The translations under genes and the position numbers were made by a program. A stretch of 64,000 nucleotides of DNA from Octopus vulgaris (lineage: Eukaryota), in contig OX597818.1 in assembly GCA_951406725.2 (NCBI GenBank), positions 10,354,001-10,418,000 on the forward strand, given 5' to 3'. Of this stretch, positions 12,518-24,589 are shown in pieces (the first letter of the stretch is position 1; the number at the start of each line of letters is the position of its first letter). Under the pieces are notes generated by a model. That model searched no databases and had not been told where the DNA came from. It saw nothing but the letters and a program-made list of their open reading frames with translations.

Positions 12518-13085
12518 CTGGCGCAGTTATGGCTGTGTGGTTAAGAAGCTCGTTTTGCAACCACGGGGTTTAGTGCTCAATCGCTCTGTACGGCACCATA
12601 ACCCCGACCCGACAGATGACTTGTGAGTGAATTTGGTATACGAAAACTGTGTGGAAGACTCTCATATATGAGGGGGTGCTGAAAAGTTCTGGGCTTTAAG
12701 GGTAGCTCAAAAAGCCTGTTTGGAGGCCCAACCTTCCAAGTTCTTTCACAGGGCTTAGAAAAACTGAAGGACCACTGCACTAATTGTGCGAATCTGAGAG
12801 GGAAATATGTTGAATAAAATCATAATTAACTGACCCTCCTCTATTTTCTTTTACCCAAAGCCAGGAACATTTCAGTTATCCTTCGTATATATATATGTAT
12901 ATCTGTGTATGTCTGTATTTGCGTTTGTTCCTCTCACAGCTTAACAACTTCAGTAGGTTTGTTTACATCCCCGTAACTTAGTGGTTCGGCAATATGAGTT
13001 GATAGAAGAAAAGTAAGCACTGTGATCGATTTATTCAAGGTGACGCCGCAATGACTGACATAAAATAACAGATTGAAGATAATAA
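12518..13085 (+). mobile_element. SINE family A interrupted by a mariner MITE
   Basis: Head ggcgcagttatggctgtgtggttaagaagct; resumes after 12885 with ccccgtaacttagtggttcggc. Confidence 0.75.
12669..12885 (+). mobile_element. Non-autonomous mariner (MITE)
   Basis: TA-tgagggggtgctgaaaagttctgggcttt .. aaagccaggaacatttcagttatccttcg-TA imperfect TIRs; internal QGLEKLKDHCTNCANLRGKYVE* matches a mariner transposase C-terminus. Confidence 0.8.
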
Positions 13086-13189
13086 AAGTATAGGATTACG
13101 GGCTTAAGGAGATTTAACTGCTATTTCTGGCACATCGATCCATAACATACAGGCGCCCCTATGTATGGAATACATTATTGAATTCAACT

Positions 13190-13401
13190 GTGTATGTGAG
13201 AGAGATAGGGAGATAGGGAGATAGGGGAGGGGAGGACGAAAGATAGAACGAACGGATGAAATCAAAGCAAAAATATAAAAAGATAGCGATTGAGACAAAG
13301 AGCAGTATAAAGGATAGCGAAAGAAACTTCAGCTCCATTTCTCTATCCCTCAATCACTCTCCCTCCTCTCTCTCTCTCTCTCTCACTTTTGCTTTCTCTT
13401 T

Positions 13402-13456
<55 letters not shown>

Positions 13457-13504
13457 CATCACATAATTATCTCAGATACAAAGAGCATGCAATACACAAA
13501 ACCT

Positions 13505-13550
<46 letters not shown>

Positions 13551-13730
13551 CTCTCTCTCTGCGTCTCTCACTCTCTCTCACACACCCTCTATCTCTATCT
13601 TTTATTCCAACCCATTCTCGCCTTATTCAATATATTTCTCTCTTTCATCCACGCACAATCCTAGCACTTCGTTCTCTCTCTCCCTCTCTCTCCCCCTATC
13701 TGTTTCATTGTATCTCTCTCCTTTTTCTTT
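13190..13730. repeat. (GA)n/(TC)n low-complexity tract
   Basis: Seen directly; explains the 177-aa SLSL ORF. Confidence 0.9.
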
Positions 13731-16134
13731 TTATTTATTTTAATATATTTATTTTTATTTTATTACGGTTCAATACATTGTATGAGTAATGAACCGTTCC
13801 ACTGCCACAGAACATTGAAGATCAAGGCTTGAACCGAATTGCGGAAATGTGATAGTCCGTTAGTTTTTCAATCTAACAATTAGTCCACGCATCAGATCTG
13901 GTCCCTTGATTGGAGAAAGAGCTTATTTTATTTTATTTTTTTATGTTTTATCTTATTATCATTTCAAAGAAGACTTTATTATTGCTGTCGTTGTTGTTGC
14001 AGTTCTTGTTCTCTTGACCATTTCAGCCAGATGAGAATTTAAACCGTAGTGACAAACATCAGACAAGCCAAATGTCACCACGAATCAAATCTCTCCGTCT
14101 TCTAAGCGAAAGGTATTGTCTGTCATTTCCAAAGACTAGAGTTAGGCTTGGAGAAGTCTGTTCTGAGTGAGTTCACAAATACCTAACCCTTTTTTTAAAG
14201 TTTAAAACCTTTGGTTTCACTGAAAAGTTTTAGTTGTGAATGTTTATCGGCTTCGCTGCGTAGGATATAAGTATGTGCAAGTGTTTATTATATAATGTAC
14301 TTATAGAATATATATAAGATATATTTTTGCTATCATTTATATAAAATATTATATAAATGCATTCGTGTATATTATATATAATGTGTGTGTGTGTGTGTGT
14401 GTGTGTATTTAAACACGCACATATAGTGTTTAATATACACAGTATATAGTTATGAGCAACTTAAATTTTTTATACATTGAAGATATTATCTAGGCAGGTT
14501 TTAAAACAAGCCTAGTGTTTCCAAATAGCCTTGGAGAAAAGAAAGAGCAACAGAAGCAGATGAGAGGATCAGTCGGTCGGTGAAAAATGCCTGAGTCTCT
14601 GAAAGGGCGATATAAAACTACATGTTTTGACTCTGGTGGTGAATTTGACATTAAAGAGGAGAGAATCCCTTCTCGGTCAAACATTTGAAGGATCTGCATA
14701 CTTAATTTTTGATTTGGGAATTTTCTTCTTTTTCTTGCTCAAAATGAAGTTGTTTTTTCTTTTTGTGGGTAGTTGCGTATATTACTATTTCATTTTTCCA
14801 TGGACTAGTCGGTGCGGCACAACTCAAAACACAGATTAAGGCTAAACTAACCTAAGGTGAACATTGTACGAACGTTCATAAAAAGACAAGAGAGGATGTG
14901 CAAAAGGCAACATTTCATCTGTTTCCTCTTAAATCGTTGACTATTTAATAGTTGAAAAAGAGAAAGAGAGAAATCTCTTACATGCAGATGAGATACTTCC
15001 AGAACTGTTTTGCGTTGCAAAAGGATTCTTTGTCTAGTCACAATAAATGTTATGCAGCTAAGGATTTCGGGCTGCTATTTCTTATTACATTATCCATCGT
15101 GATGAGTGAGAATTTACATTCTTCTTGTCCATCTTGCAGTGAATCTTGCCACTAATTACTGTGGATGTTAGAAAAGCAACAGAGAATTAAAGGGGTTGCT
15201 TAGATTACATGAAATCTATTAGAGAAGCGTATAAAGAAAAACTTAGAGAAACGTATTAAGAAAAATACCGTAACTTGCTAACGATTTCGTTTAATCTAAG
15301 AATCTCGTATAAAGAATTGTGCTGTGAGAAATAGAATAATATAGAACTGATAACTAGAGGGTATACAGGAAGGAGGAAAACCAAAAATTTAAAATAAATA
15401 CTTAGACTTACGTAGGTTGATTTGAACGGATTGGTATGTAGTAAAATGAAAACGTTTGGTAAAATTTATGACGGCAGAAGGTTATTACTTCACTCAACAT
15501 ATTTAGAAGAATATTCATATTCTTGTGTAATTTCGGGGCATTTTCTGCAGTTCAAATGGTAAGCTACCCGATCTTCCTCGTACAGTTTTCTTGTCTTAAT
15601 GACAGACCAGGAGATATTATATAATATGATTTTGGTCTTGAGATGATGAATGCCAATTGCCTGCAGTTTCCCTATTTTCCCTCTTCTTCAAATACCTTAC
15701 AATAGCCTCTTCTTTCCTTGTTGTTTCACTCTTTCTTTATCTAATTTCTAGATTCGAATATTTAATTTGAATATTTCTCCTGTCGCATTGGCCAATCACT
15801 CTTCTGAATAATATTCTGTATTTACCATATGAAAGGATTCATGTATCGAGATTGTTTTTAATTATTTAAATTCTTCCCTCGAGGAAGGATCTGGTCTCTA
15901 ACAATGATAAAAGCTCTATCGCTATAATGTAGATAACGAAAACAACGAAAATCCAAGATTCATCCAGATTGTCAGTTAAGAATTTACTCACAAATTCAAG
16001 TGCACCACATAATATTGATAGAAATATATAATTACAACCTAGGTATAGAAGCTGGGGATGTACGTACGTACTGCGTATGTATGTATGTATGCATTGTATG
16101 CATGCATGTGTGTATGTATGTACGTATGCATGGT

Positions 16135-17125
16135 TTTTTTAAAGTTTAATTTAAGTTCTCTGTGATCGAGTTCAAGCCGGTTGATAATTTACCAACAACA
16201 CCTTTTGAGTTAAGAGAGCTCCCAGTTTTTTGTGAATTTGTGGTTGAATTGGTGTATTGGTTGACCTGTCGATGCTACACCCATGTGTCCCCATCTATTC
16301 ACATAAGAATCTCACATGGAGAATTTCTAGAATGTCTTGTAAATCTCCCCTGTGCCACTTATAGATTGGATTTGGAGAATCCGCGTCAGTTTGATGCTCT
16401 TTTTTCCGTGAAACCAAATATTTCTAGGTGTTTGTACAAATTTGTTTGTACATAACCTAATTCACTTATGATGAAATGTACAAATGAGAATTTACAGCCA
16501 GGACACAACAGCTGTAAGCTTCGCGTTAATTCACCATAAATACAGTGGATCCCTCATTTATGGCGGTAGATTGGTTCCGAGACCGGCCGCGATAACTGAA
16601 TTTCCGCGACATAGAGACACCATATTTACAGTTTTTATTTAACGTGTATTTGGACTTTCACAACCCTCCCTGTACTGTTAACAACCCACCCATTACAGTA
16701 GTCTATTAATAACAAGAACAACTGTTAAGCAATAACCCTTTAGATTTAAAAAGAAATAAAGTTTGTTACTGTACTCAACACGAAAGAAGCTTAAGTAAAA
16801 TTTGAATGATGATGGTGATAAATTTGTTGCGTGGTAGAAATGATGATGATGAAGCTGACGGCGGTGCCCTTTCCTGGGACACCTCTTCCACTTCTTCCTA
16901 AGTCGTGAATACGCGATAGTGGCGAGGGATCACTGTATTCTCTTTTTCCTAGACATTTAACTGTACGTTCACATCTGATGAGCAGATCACCTCTACAACA
17001 GTGCATGGCTTTTGTTCCCTGCCCCATAGAACAATATCAGGTCTTTGCACCGAATTGATGTTTTCTTTGGGGTGTTCCACCAGTATTCCTTGTTTTTAAA
17101 GGAATACCTTTCATGTATACATCAG
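16135..17125 (-). mobile_element. 3' segment (RLE domain and 3' UTR) of an R4/Dong-like LINE
   Basis: NKEYWWNTPKKTSIRCK..RPDIVLWGREQKPCTVVEVICSSDVNV..EKEN | IYGELTRSLQLLCPGCKF..ILQIQSISGTGEIYKTF; homologous to 5622-6500. Confidence 0.85.
16543..16935. mobile_element. pogo/Tigger-like MITE
   Basis: TA-CAGTGGATCCCTC..GAGGGATCACTG-TA termini; removing it rejoins the LINE coding sequence. Confidence 0.8.
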
Positions 17126-17129
17126 AGCA

Positions 17130-18172
17130 GTCCTTCCTATGGAAGATGACCTAAAATTATACTCTGGTAATATGACCAACATCAAGAGACAATCAGAACT
17201 AGTCACAACATTCTCACAAAATATAGGAATAGTCAACTGAGGAAAGATCGACGACCAGGCAAAGAACAAGTACATCAATAATTTTTCTTTCTCCCCTTAT
17301 CTCTAATGATGAAAGCTTCAAGTACTTCGGAATCGATGAGAATGTTGCATACTTTGGTACTATGACTAAAGCCAGAATAACAAGAGAGTACTTCTGTAGA
17401 CTCCTGAAAATACGGAACTCAGAGCTGTCTGTATTTAACAAGACCATATTTCACAATGGTTTTGCAGTACCAGTTCTAGTACCAACATTTGGAATGTTGG
17501 ACTGGACACTCGATGAGATACGCAGCCTGAACACCAAAACCAGAGAGGTATTGATCACCACTGGCACTTCCACATTAACAGTAACACCGATAGGATTTAT
17601 GTAAGGCGAAATGATGTTGGTAGAGGCATAAGGTCAATCCAAACAGCCTTTGAATGTCGCATAGCGTCACGCAAACAACACCTGCTGAACAGTAAAGAAA
17701 GAAATGAGTACATCCCATGCGTACTCAAAAGTGAGAGCAACAGCATCTTCAAAGTTGGAGAACTACTGTGTCATTACTCTGAGAATACAACTGTCTCTGC
17801 TACCCAAATGAGGCAGGACTGGCCTACCTAAACAGAAGCTTGGGAGAGAAACAGGTATTTTACCAACAAAAAGCAATGAATGGGAACGTATGCTAGAAAG
17901 CAACAACATCATTAACAGGAAGAGTAGTCTGACCTGGAACTACAATAGATACATTATATCCCACCTAGAAGGATATGCCTTCGCTATCCAGGAATAGGAG
18001 ATAGCTGCTAAATTCCTGATAAACAAAAGGGACAAAGATACCATCAAACCGCCACGTTGTGATAAAAGATGTCAGCTCTGCTATACCAGTGTGGAAGATA
18101 TCACCCAAAATATCTACGAGATAATACCTGCTCCTGAGGCCTGATATAGCTGCAAAGACTACAATGCTATCA
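17130..18172 (+). pseudogene. Inverted 5' segment of the same LINE: RT C-terminal half and Zn knuckle
   Basis: MEDDLKLY, FKYFGIDE, NKTIFHNGFAVPVL, DRIYVRRNDVGRG, EGYAFAIQE, RCQLCYTSVEDI; contains stops and frameshifts. Confidence 0.85.
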
Positions 18173-18177
18173 GTAGG

Positions 18178-18209
<32 letters not shown>

Positions 18210-19421
18210 TGTATGTATGTATGTATGTATGTATGTATGTATGTATGTATGTATGTTTGTATGTATGTATGTATGTATGCATGCATACAATTATGTAGGT
18301 ATGTGTTTATTACATAAACTACTGCGATAGCTTGTGAATAAGCTGGAAATAAATATTCATATGTACGTTTAGTGAAAGTCCGTTTAGCTTTGCTATTCAA
18401 ACTCAGACTATGTTTAATAAGCCACAGAGTTCTGTTTTGGAGAACAAACTGTAGAACAATTCAACTAGTTTCTCCTGAATAAGTTCGTGAGCCGAATTTA
18501 TTTTATTTATTCTACAGCAAGAGAGTGTATACATTGTAGCTACTTACTTACAACCTGTCTATAAATACGCTGTCTCCTTCAGTTAATACGCGTTTCCAAC
18601 GAATATGAAAAGCAATGCCTGATGTTTATCAAATTTCTCTCAAGTAATTGGTCTTCCTTGAGAGTTGTAGTTGCTATTATCATTCAGATCCTCTCGTGGG
18701 TCAATAAATTTATCATTCATTCATAGATACCTCGTATCGTGTAGTGTCAAGTAATTGACTCGATCGGATAAGTCATCATTATAAAATTGTAACTGATAGA
18801 CAGATGACCGACTATTTGCAGACCAGAGAACACTTGGTGGTGATATCTCAATAAACAGCCGTCACCATTAATAATAGGGATATTAGCAACTCGGCTTGAA
18901 AATATAACAGCCTAAGTCTAGTGCTATCTTTGTAAATAGAGAGAAATTACATATATAAATACACCATCTACGACATTATGATTGCAGTGTATGCGTGAGT
19001 GTTATGTTTGTGTATATAGGCGTTAGGACAGGGAGTGTAATATGTGTATTCTGACAATGAATGAGTGAGGGAGGGTGGGAGAGTGAGAGAGTGAGTGTGC
19101 ATAGGTGAGTGTGCGTGTACGGGCATGTGTAATTGTGTATATAACTGAGTTTGCCTGAAGATGCGTGTATAAGAATCGAAGGTGTATTTCTGTGCATGTA
19201 TCTGAAAGTATACAGTAATGTAAATGAGAACGTATGTATCTAATGCGGTTAAAGAAAGCATGAACATCACAATTTGTCAATCCTGTCAAATAACAAATGA
19301 CTAGAGGTTTATAGGCATCGTTTTGTTTTTTGGTTGTTTTTTTCCTTTTTTGTCTAATGTGTCTCCCTGATTAGAACCACCATTTCGTTCTTGGCTACTT
19401 TTAGGGTAGGCAAATATTTTA

Positions 19422-19750
19422 CAATGCCGAATGGTTAAGATGTTTGCTTCGCAATCATGAGGTTCCAAGTTCGATCCCACAGCGTGAAAGCATAAGTCTT
19501 TACAGCGTCCACGGATCAACCCAAGCCTTTTCAATGAAATTGTAATGCGGGAAACTATATAGAATTGCTTGTATCTGCAATTGAATAGGTCCCATCACAC
19601 TGTGTCACACTAAATCTTCTTAAAGAATTTAGTTAAGGGTACACGTTTCAGTAAGAATACTCAGCTATTTCCACGTTGACTTCGAAGGTCGATCAGCAGT
19701 ATAAACTGATTTAGCAACTGAAATCTCATGATTGAAATTGTCGGAGATCG
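19422..19750 (+). mobile_element. Old tRNA-derived SINE (A-like head, different tail; related fragment near 27700-27900)
   Basis: atggttaagatgtttgcttcgcaatcatgaggttccaagttcgatccc; tail motif gttaagggtacacgt shared with about 27790. Confidence 0.6.
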
Positions 19751-20134
19751 ATATGTGGTTTCCGTCAGCCCAACGCGGAGAACTTAAAAAAAGGTCCTGG
19801 ACAATAAATCCTCTTACTTAAAGATATTTCCCAACACTCTTTAAAAACCTGTCTATTCAAAATACCGATTTCATTAATTAACAATAAACTTATTTTCCCA
19901 GATTCTTCTCTCACTCGAAAGATATGTGTAAATGAGTAAACTTACAATTTTATGCTTCATTTAAATTTAACCTTTTAAAAGTCTTTTACTCATCTAATGA
20001 ACTCTTAATGCCTAAATTTCTGCGGACTAAGATAATTTTTTCTTCTCTTCTGTAAGTGAAATGACCCTATATCTCAGAATTGTTAACTTCTAACGAGCTC
20101 TCAATGTGCAGACTTAAAATCAAACGCCTTCCCT

Positions 20135-20352
20135 TAAGGCAGCGAGCTAGTGGAATCGTTACGCGCTGGGCAAAATAATTTACGGCATTTCGTTTGTTTT
20201 TACGTTCTGAGTTCAAACTCCAGCGAGGTCGACTTTGCTTTTCATCTCATTTTGGATCGATAAAATAAGTACTAGCTGAGCAGTGGGATCGATCTAATCG
20301 ACCAAACCCACTCTCCCAAAATTGCTGACCTTGTGCCAAAATTTGAAACCAA
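20135..20352 (+). mobile_element. SINE family B
   Basis: aaggcagcgagctag..gagttcaaactcc..ccttgtgccaaaatttgaaacc. Confidence 0.85.
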
Positions 20353-20899
20353 TGTCAAAGGCCCTCTAATTATAACCAGTTCATTTCAGTTTTGTATATT
20401 ATATCTAAAACTACATTATCCGATGTGCCGTTCCTCTTATTAAAACGGTAGGATATGAGTTCAAGGAATTTGGCTAATATATTTATCAGGCTGAACTACT
20501 GTATAGAGACTCCATCGTTACTGTATTTTAGAACTGAACGATAGCATATTGTAAAGTATCCGAAGGATGTTAGTATGAGTCAGTTTGAACCAAAACTTGA
20601 ACTCATGACATGAACTTCATAATAGTTTATTTTGACAAGACATAAACATTATAATTTCTTAGGTTCTTATTCTATCTTCTACTTTTTTCGGTTTTACTCA
20701 AAGAGCACTTTGGTGGCTGACATAATCACTACAAGACCAGATAAAATGCTTATCGTTGAATAGTTATGGTTCTTTAAGTTCTAATTTCTAACCTCACTTA
20801 GGTCAGATTTGACTTTCATTTTTTTCCAAGTTCAGAAAATGAAATACTAGTCATGTACTGTTTTGAAATAATTTATTATATGCCTCCACTAAATATGTG

Positions 20900-21110
20900 A
20901 GATGTCGATGAAGGAATCTATACGTGGCCTTTCAACCTGCTATAAATAACTCTTACATATCCTTCGAGTCACATATCACCATCTCACGAAAATATACATC
21001 GGATAATGTTGTCCTAGGTTCTTTCTATATACGAGAAAGGAAGGATGGTCATGACTGGGATCCTTCTGACCATAGATCTATTCAGTCAGAGATTGCTTGT
21101 GGCTAATCAA
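20900..21110 (+). repeat. Dispersed repeat family D
   Basis: tctatacgtggcc..aacctgcta..ggataatgttgtcctag..ggatggtcatgactgg..gaccatagatcta..ggctaa. Confidence 0.55.
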
Positions 21111-21174
21111 TAAAATTGCCGTCCTTCTATTTAAACTAGAGATTATCTAGAATATTATTCTGCTACTAGGCTTG

Positions 21175-21343
21175 ATCATACAAGCACATACGTAGCTGTG
21201 CGGTAAGAAAATTGCTTCCCAACCACGTAGTTCTGAGTTCAATCCCACTATGTGGCACCTTTGGCTAATGTCTTCTACTATATCCTCGGGGCCGACCAAA
21301 GCCTTGTGGGTAGATTTTGTAGACGGAAACTGAAAATAGCACG

Positions 21344-21414
<71 letters not shown>

Positions 21415-21637
21415 TGTGTATGTGTGTGTATTTGTGCCTGTGTTCGTCCGCTGCCACCACTTGACAACCGGTGCTGGTGTGTCCCTGTAACTTAGCGGTT
21501 CGGCCAAAGAGCCCAAGAGAATAAGTACCAGGCTTAACAAAAAGAAACAAGTCATTTTGGGGTTGATTCATTCGAATAAAAGTTCTTCAAGGCGGTGCCC
21601 TAGCATGGCCACAGTCTAATGACTGAAGCAAATAAAA
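21175..21637 (+). mobile_element. SINE family A
   Basis: Full head, (TA)n middle and tail. Confidence 0.9.
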
Positions 21638-22219
21638 ATTACTTGTCACAAAATAATATGTTCGAGTGTTACGCTTTTAAAAACCTAACTATAGAACAAA
21701 ATCGAAAACTTAATCAAAAGTTTTTGACATAAAAAAGTAAGTTAAAAATAAGTTTAAAACATTTCAATTATCAAACGAAATGGAAGACATAATAAACATC
21801 TTAACATAATGAAACTGTTAAAAAGATTTAAATATTTGTACATCAAAATATAACTAAGGACTTTTATAAAACGTGGAATTTCCTCGAGTCCCGCCAGATG
21901 TTTATTATATTAGGGGACGGGTATAAAAATGCAGAATCAATAGAGCATCGCCTTGTCTTGTGAAAGTTCCAGATTTAAACCTCGTGGGGTTCTGTTTTAC
22001 CCTTTAACTTTCTGAGGTCGATGAAGTAAGTCCTCGTCAAAGATTGGACTCAATTTATGTGACTGTACACCACTCACTTTTAAGATATTTATAGCTTTGG
22101 CCTATCGCTTTGCAAACGGGAGAAACATATATTTTGATTCATCGCAAAAATAACTTCTATATCTAAGAAAGAAGGAAAGCAAAATTACACAAATTGGAAA
22201 GAAATGTTTGATTATAGAC

Positions 22220-22370
22220 CCAGGCGTGGCTGTGTGGCTGAGAAGCTTGCTTCCAGATCATGCGGTCTTGAGTTCAGTCTTACTGCGCGGCAACTTGGGC
22301 ATGTCTTTTATTATATCCCCGGGCCAACCAAGCCTTCTGAAGGAATTTGATACACAGAACCTGAAAGACC

Positions 22371-22440
<70 letters not shown>

Positions 22441-22511
22441 GAAAGATGAGGACATTATATATATATATAATGTGTGTGTGTGTGTGTGTTTGTGTATAGA
22501 AAGATGAGGAC

Positions 22512-22544
<33 letters not shown>

Positions 22545-22772
22545 TTGCGTGAGAGAATCTTTATGTTTGTTCCCTACGACCGGTTGCCTTGACCGCCGGT
22601 GTTGGTTTGTTTACGTCCCTGTAAATTTGCGGTTCGGCAAAAGAAGCTGATAGAATAAGTACCTGGCTATGAAATACAAGTTCTGGTGTTGATTTGTTCC
22701 ACTAAACGCTTTAAGGTGGAGCCCCAGCATGACCGCAGTCCAATGAGCGAAACAAATAAAAGTTAAAAGATA
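22220..22772 (+). mobile_element. SINE family A with an internal duplication in its microsatellite region
   Basis: caggcgtggctgtgtgg head; tgtatagaaagatgaggacattatata occurs twice. Confidence 0.85.
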
Positions 22773-23724
22773 GATGCAAAACGCATAAAACTAAAATACA
22801 TATTTTATTTATTTATTTATTTTTTTACTTTTTAAAATGCATCTACACAACAAAACATACAGGGTTCCACAAACAGAAATCTTTAAAATTCAAACAATCT
22901 CTGAATAGACTTTTTTTGTTTTTGTCCTCTTCATGTAGTAAATTGAGTTTGATTAATAGGATCTCTAACTCTACTGACAGTAACATATAAGTGGCCGTGT
23001 ATGAATAATGGAACAGGGAAATAAATGTCACATTTTGATTAACTTTGCTCTTGACTCCTGATTGGCAACATAAACTAAAATAAGGATTGTTTAGTGTATT
23101 CCCTATCCGCATACCAAGAAATATTACAGCGTTACAATGATAACGTCATACTTTCGTGAAACCACGACTATATGAGAGAACGCCAACATTAACTTGCAGA
23201 ATCACTTCTATACCATGGCATCGAGCCATAGAAAGAGGTAATCTTTGATTATTTCGAAGATATTTTCAGTATTGAGCAGCATCTCGTGTGAAAATTCGTT
23301 CACGTTGTTGCTTTGCATTTCTCTATCGAACGGCATTTTGGGTCAAATTTTTTCTTTTTCGTTCCTGTAATTGGCGCCGACGAAGTTCTCGATGTCTCGC
23401 AGCATCTACTTGACAAAGAAACTGGTTTGTTCAGGATTTAGTCGCCATCTCACCATTTGTTGGCACCACCATGATGTTTCTCTTCATGCAATTCCGTGTT
23501 CTTTAGTCATGCTAAATTACACTATGCAACAAAATGTTAACTTTTCTATTTTTATTTCTGAACTGTAAGTATTAGATTTGTATTGTATGTGCTTAAAATG
23601 TAATGGAAATGGCTATTATTCAAAATTCTCTTCGAACATTGCTTTTCTAACTTCACTAATAATATTTTGAAGTTTAGAAATTTTCTTGAACATGCTAGAT
23701 AAATTCAGTGTGAGTAACTGGTGG

Positions 23725-23829
23725 AGAACTTTCTTGAACTTTCAAGAATTTCAGAAAGTTTTCTATAATTTCCTAGAGCTTTCAAGATTTTTTTAGAACT
23801 TCCCAACAGTGTTAATAGTAATATAAATA
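23725..23829 (+). promoter_or_regulatory. Perfect 5-unit heat-shock-element-like array plus TATA box
   Basis: aGAAc tTTCt tGAAc tTTCa aGAAt (23725-23749), more degenerate GAA/TTC units nearby, TATAAATA at 23822-23829. Confidence 0.5.
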
Positions 23830-24447
23830 CAGGGACATTGAGCTTAGCAGCTCAATATAGTTTCGGCAGCAGAAGTGTGCAGATCTATCTATATTTATCA
23901 GAGATAGTATCAAAAGGATGCAAGCATTTGACATATGAATTTCTCTATGTAATGGTCAAATTGTCAATACAAAAGCGAAAAAGTACTGATACAGCATCAG
24001 CTAAAATGTGAATTTACAAGGCTTACAAGAAATATATCGGCATTTCCGTTGTATATGAAGACAAACTCTGGGTACTTTATTTCACCTATGAGTACTTGCT
24101 TTAGTGGTGACATTTTAAATTATAAAACATGTACAAACATTTCAAAATAGCATCCAGATCACGAAAGCAACATTTGAAGGAAATAAAATAATTTTTCTAT
24201 TCTTTTTCAGCACAAGCGATTAACAAATAACAGTTACTACCCAGAGAAGAAATTTTGTTACGTTCGCAATGTTTTTATTTATTATTTTTTTTTTTTGTAT
24301 TATTATTATTCAAATAACTATAATTCAACTATTTCCCCGGACGAAACGACGGAATGACAGATTAAGTTCTAACAAAATACTACTTTATTTACATCATGCC
24401 CAATAACAAGAATCTTAGCAATAGATTGTTTTGTATTGTTTTCTGTC

Positions 24448-24516
<69 letters not shown>

Positions 24517-24589
24517 CTCGCTATTTATATATCTACATATTTGTATGTGTATGTGTGTGTGCGTGCGCGAGTGCGCGTGCATACTTTAG

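Noticed and set aside
14490-15160. Possible host exons in unique sequence (also 34700-35050, 40230-40590, 48350-48620)
   Set aside because: No recognisable protein motif or convincing splice-bounded frame; small exons cannot be excluded without RNA-seq.
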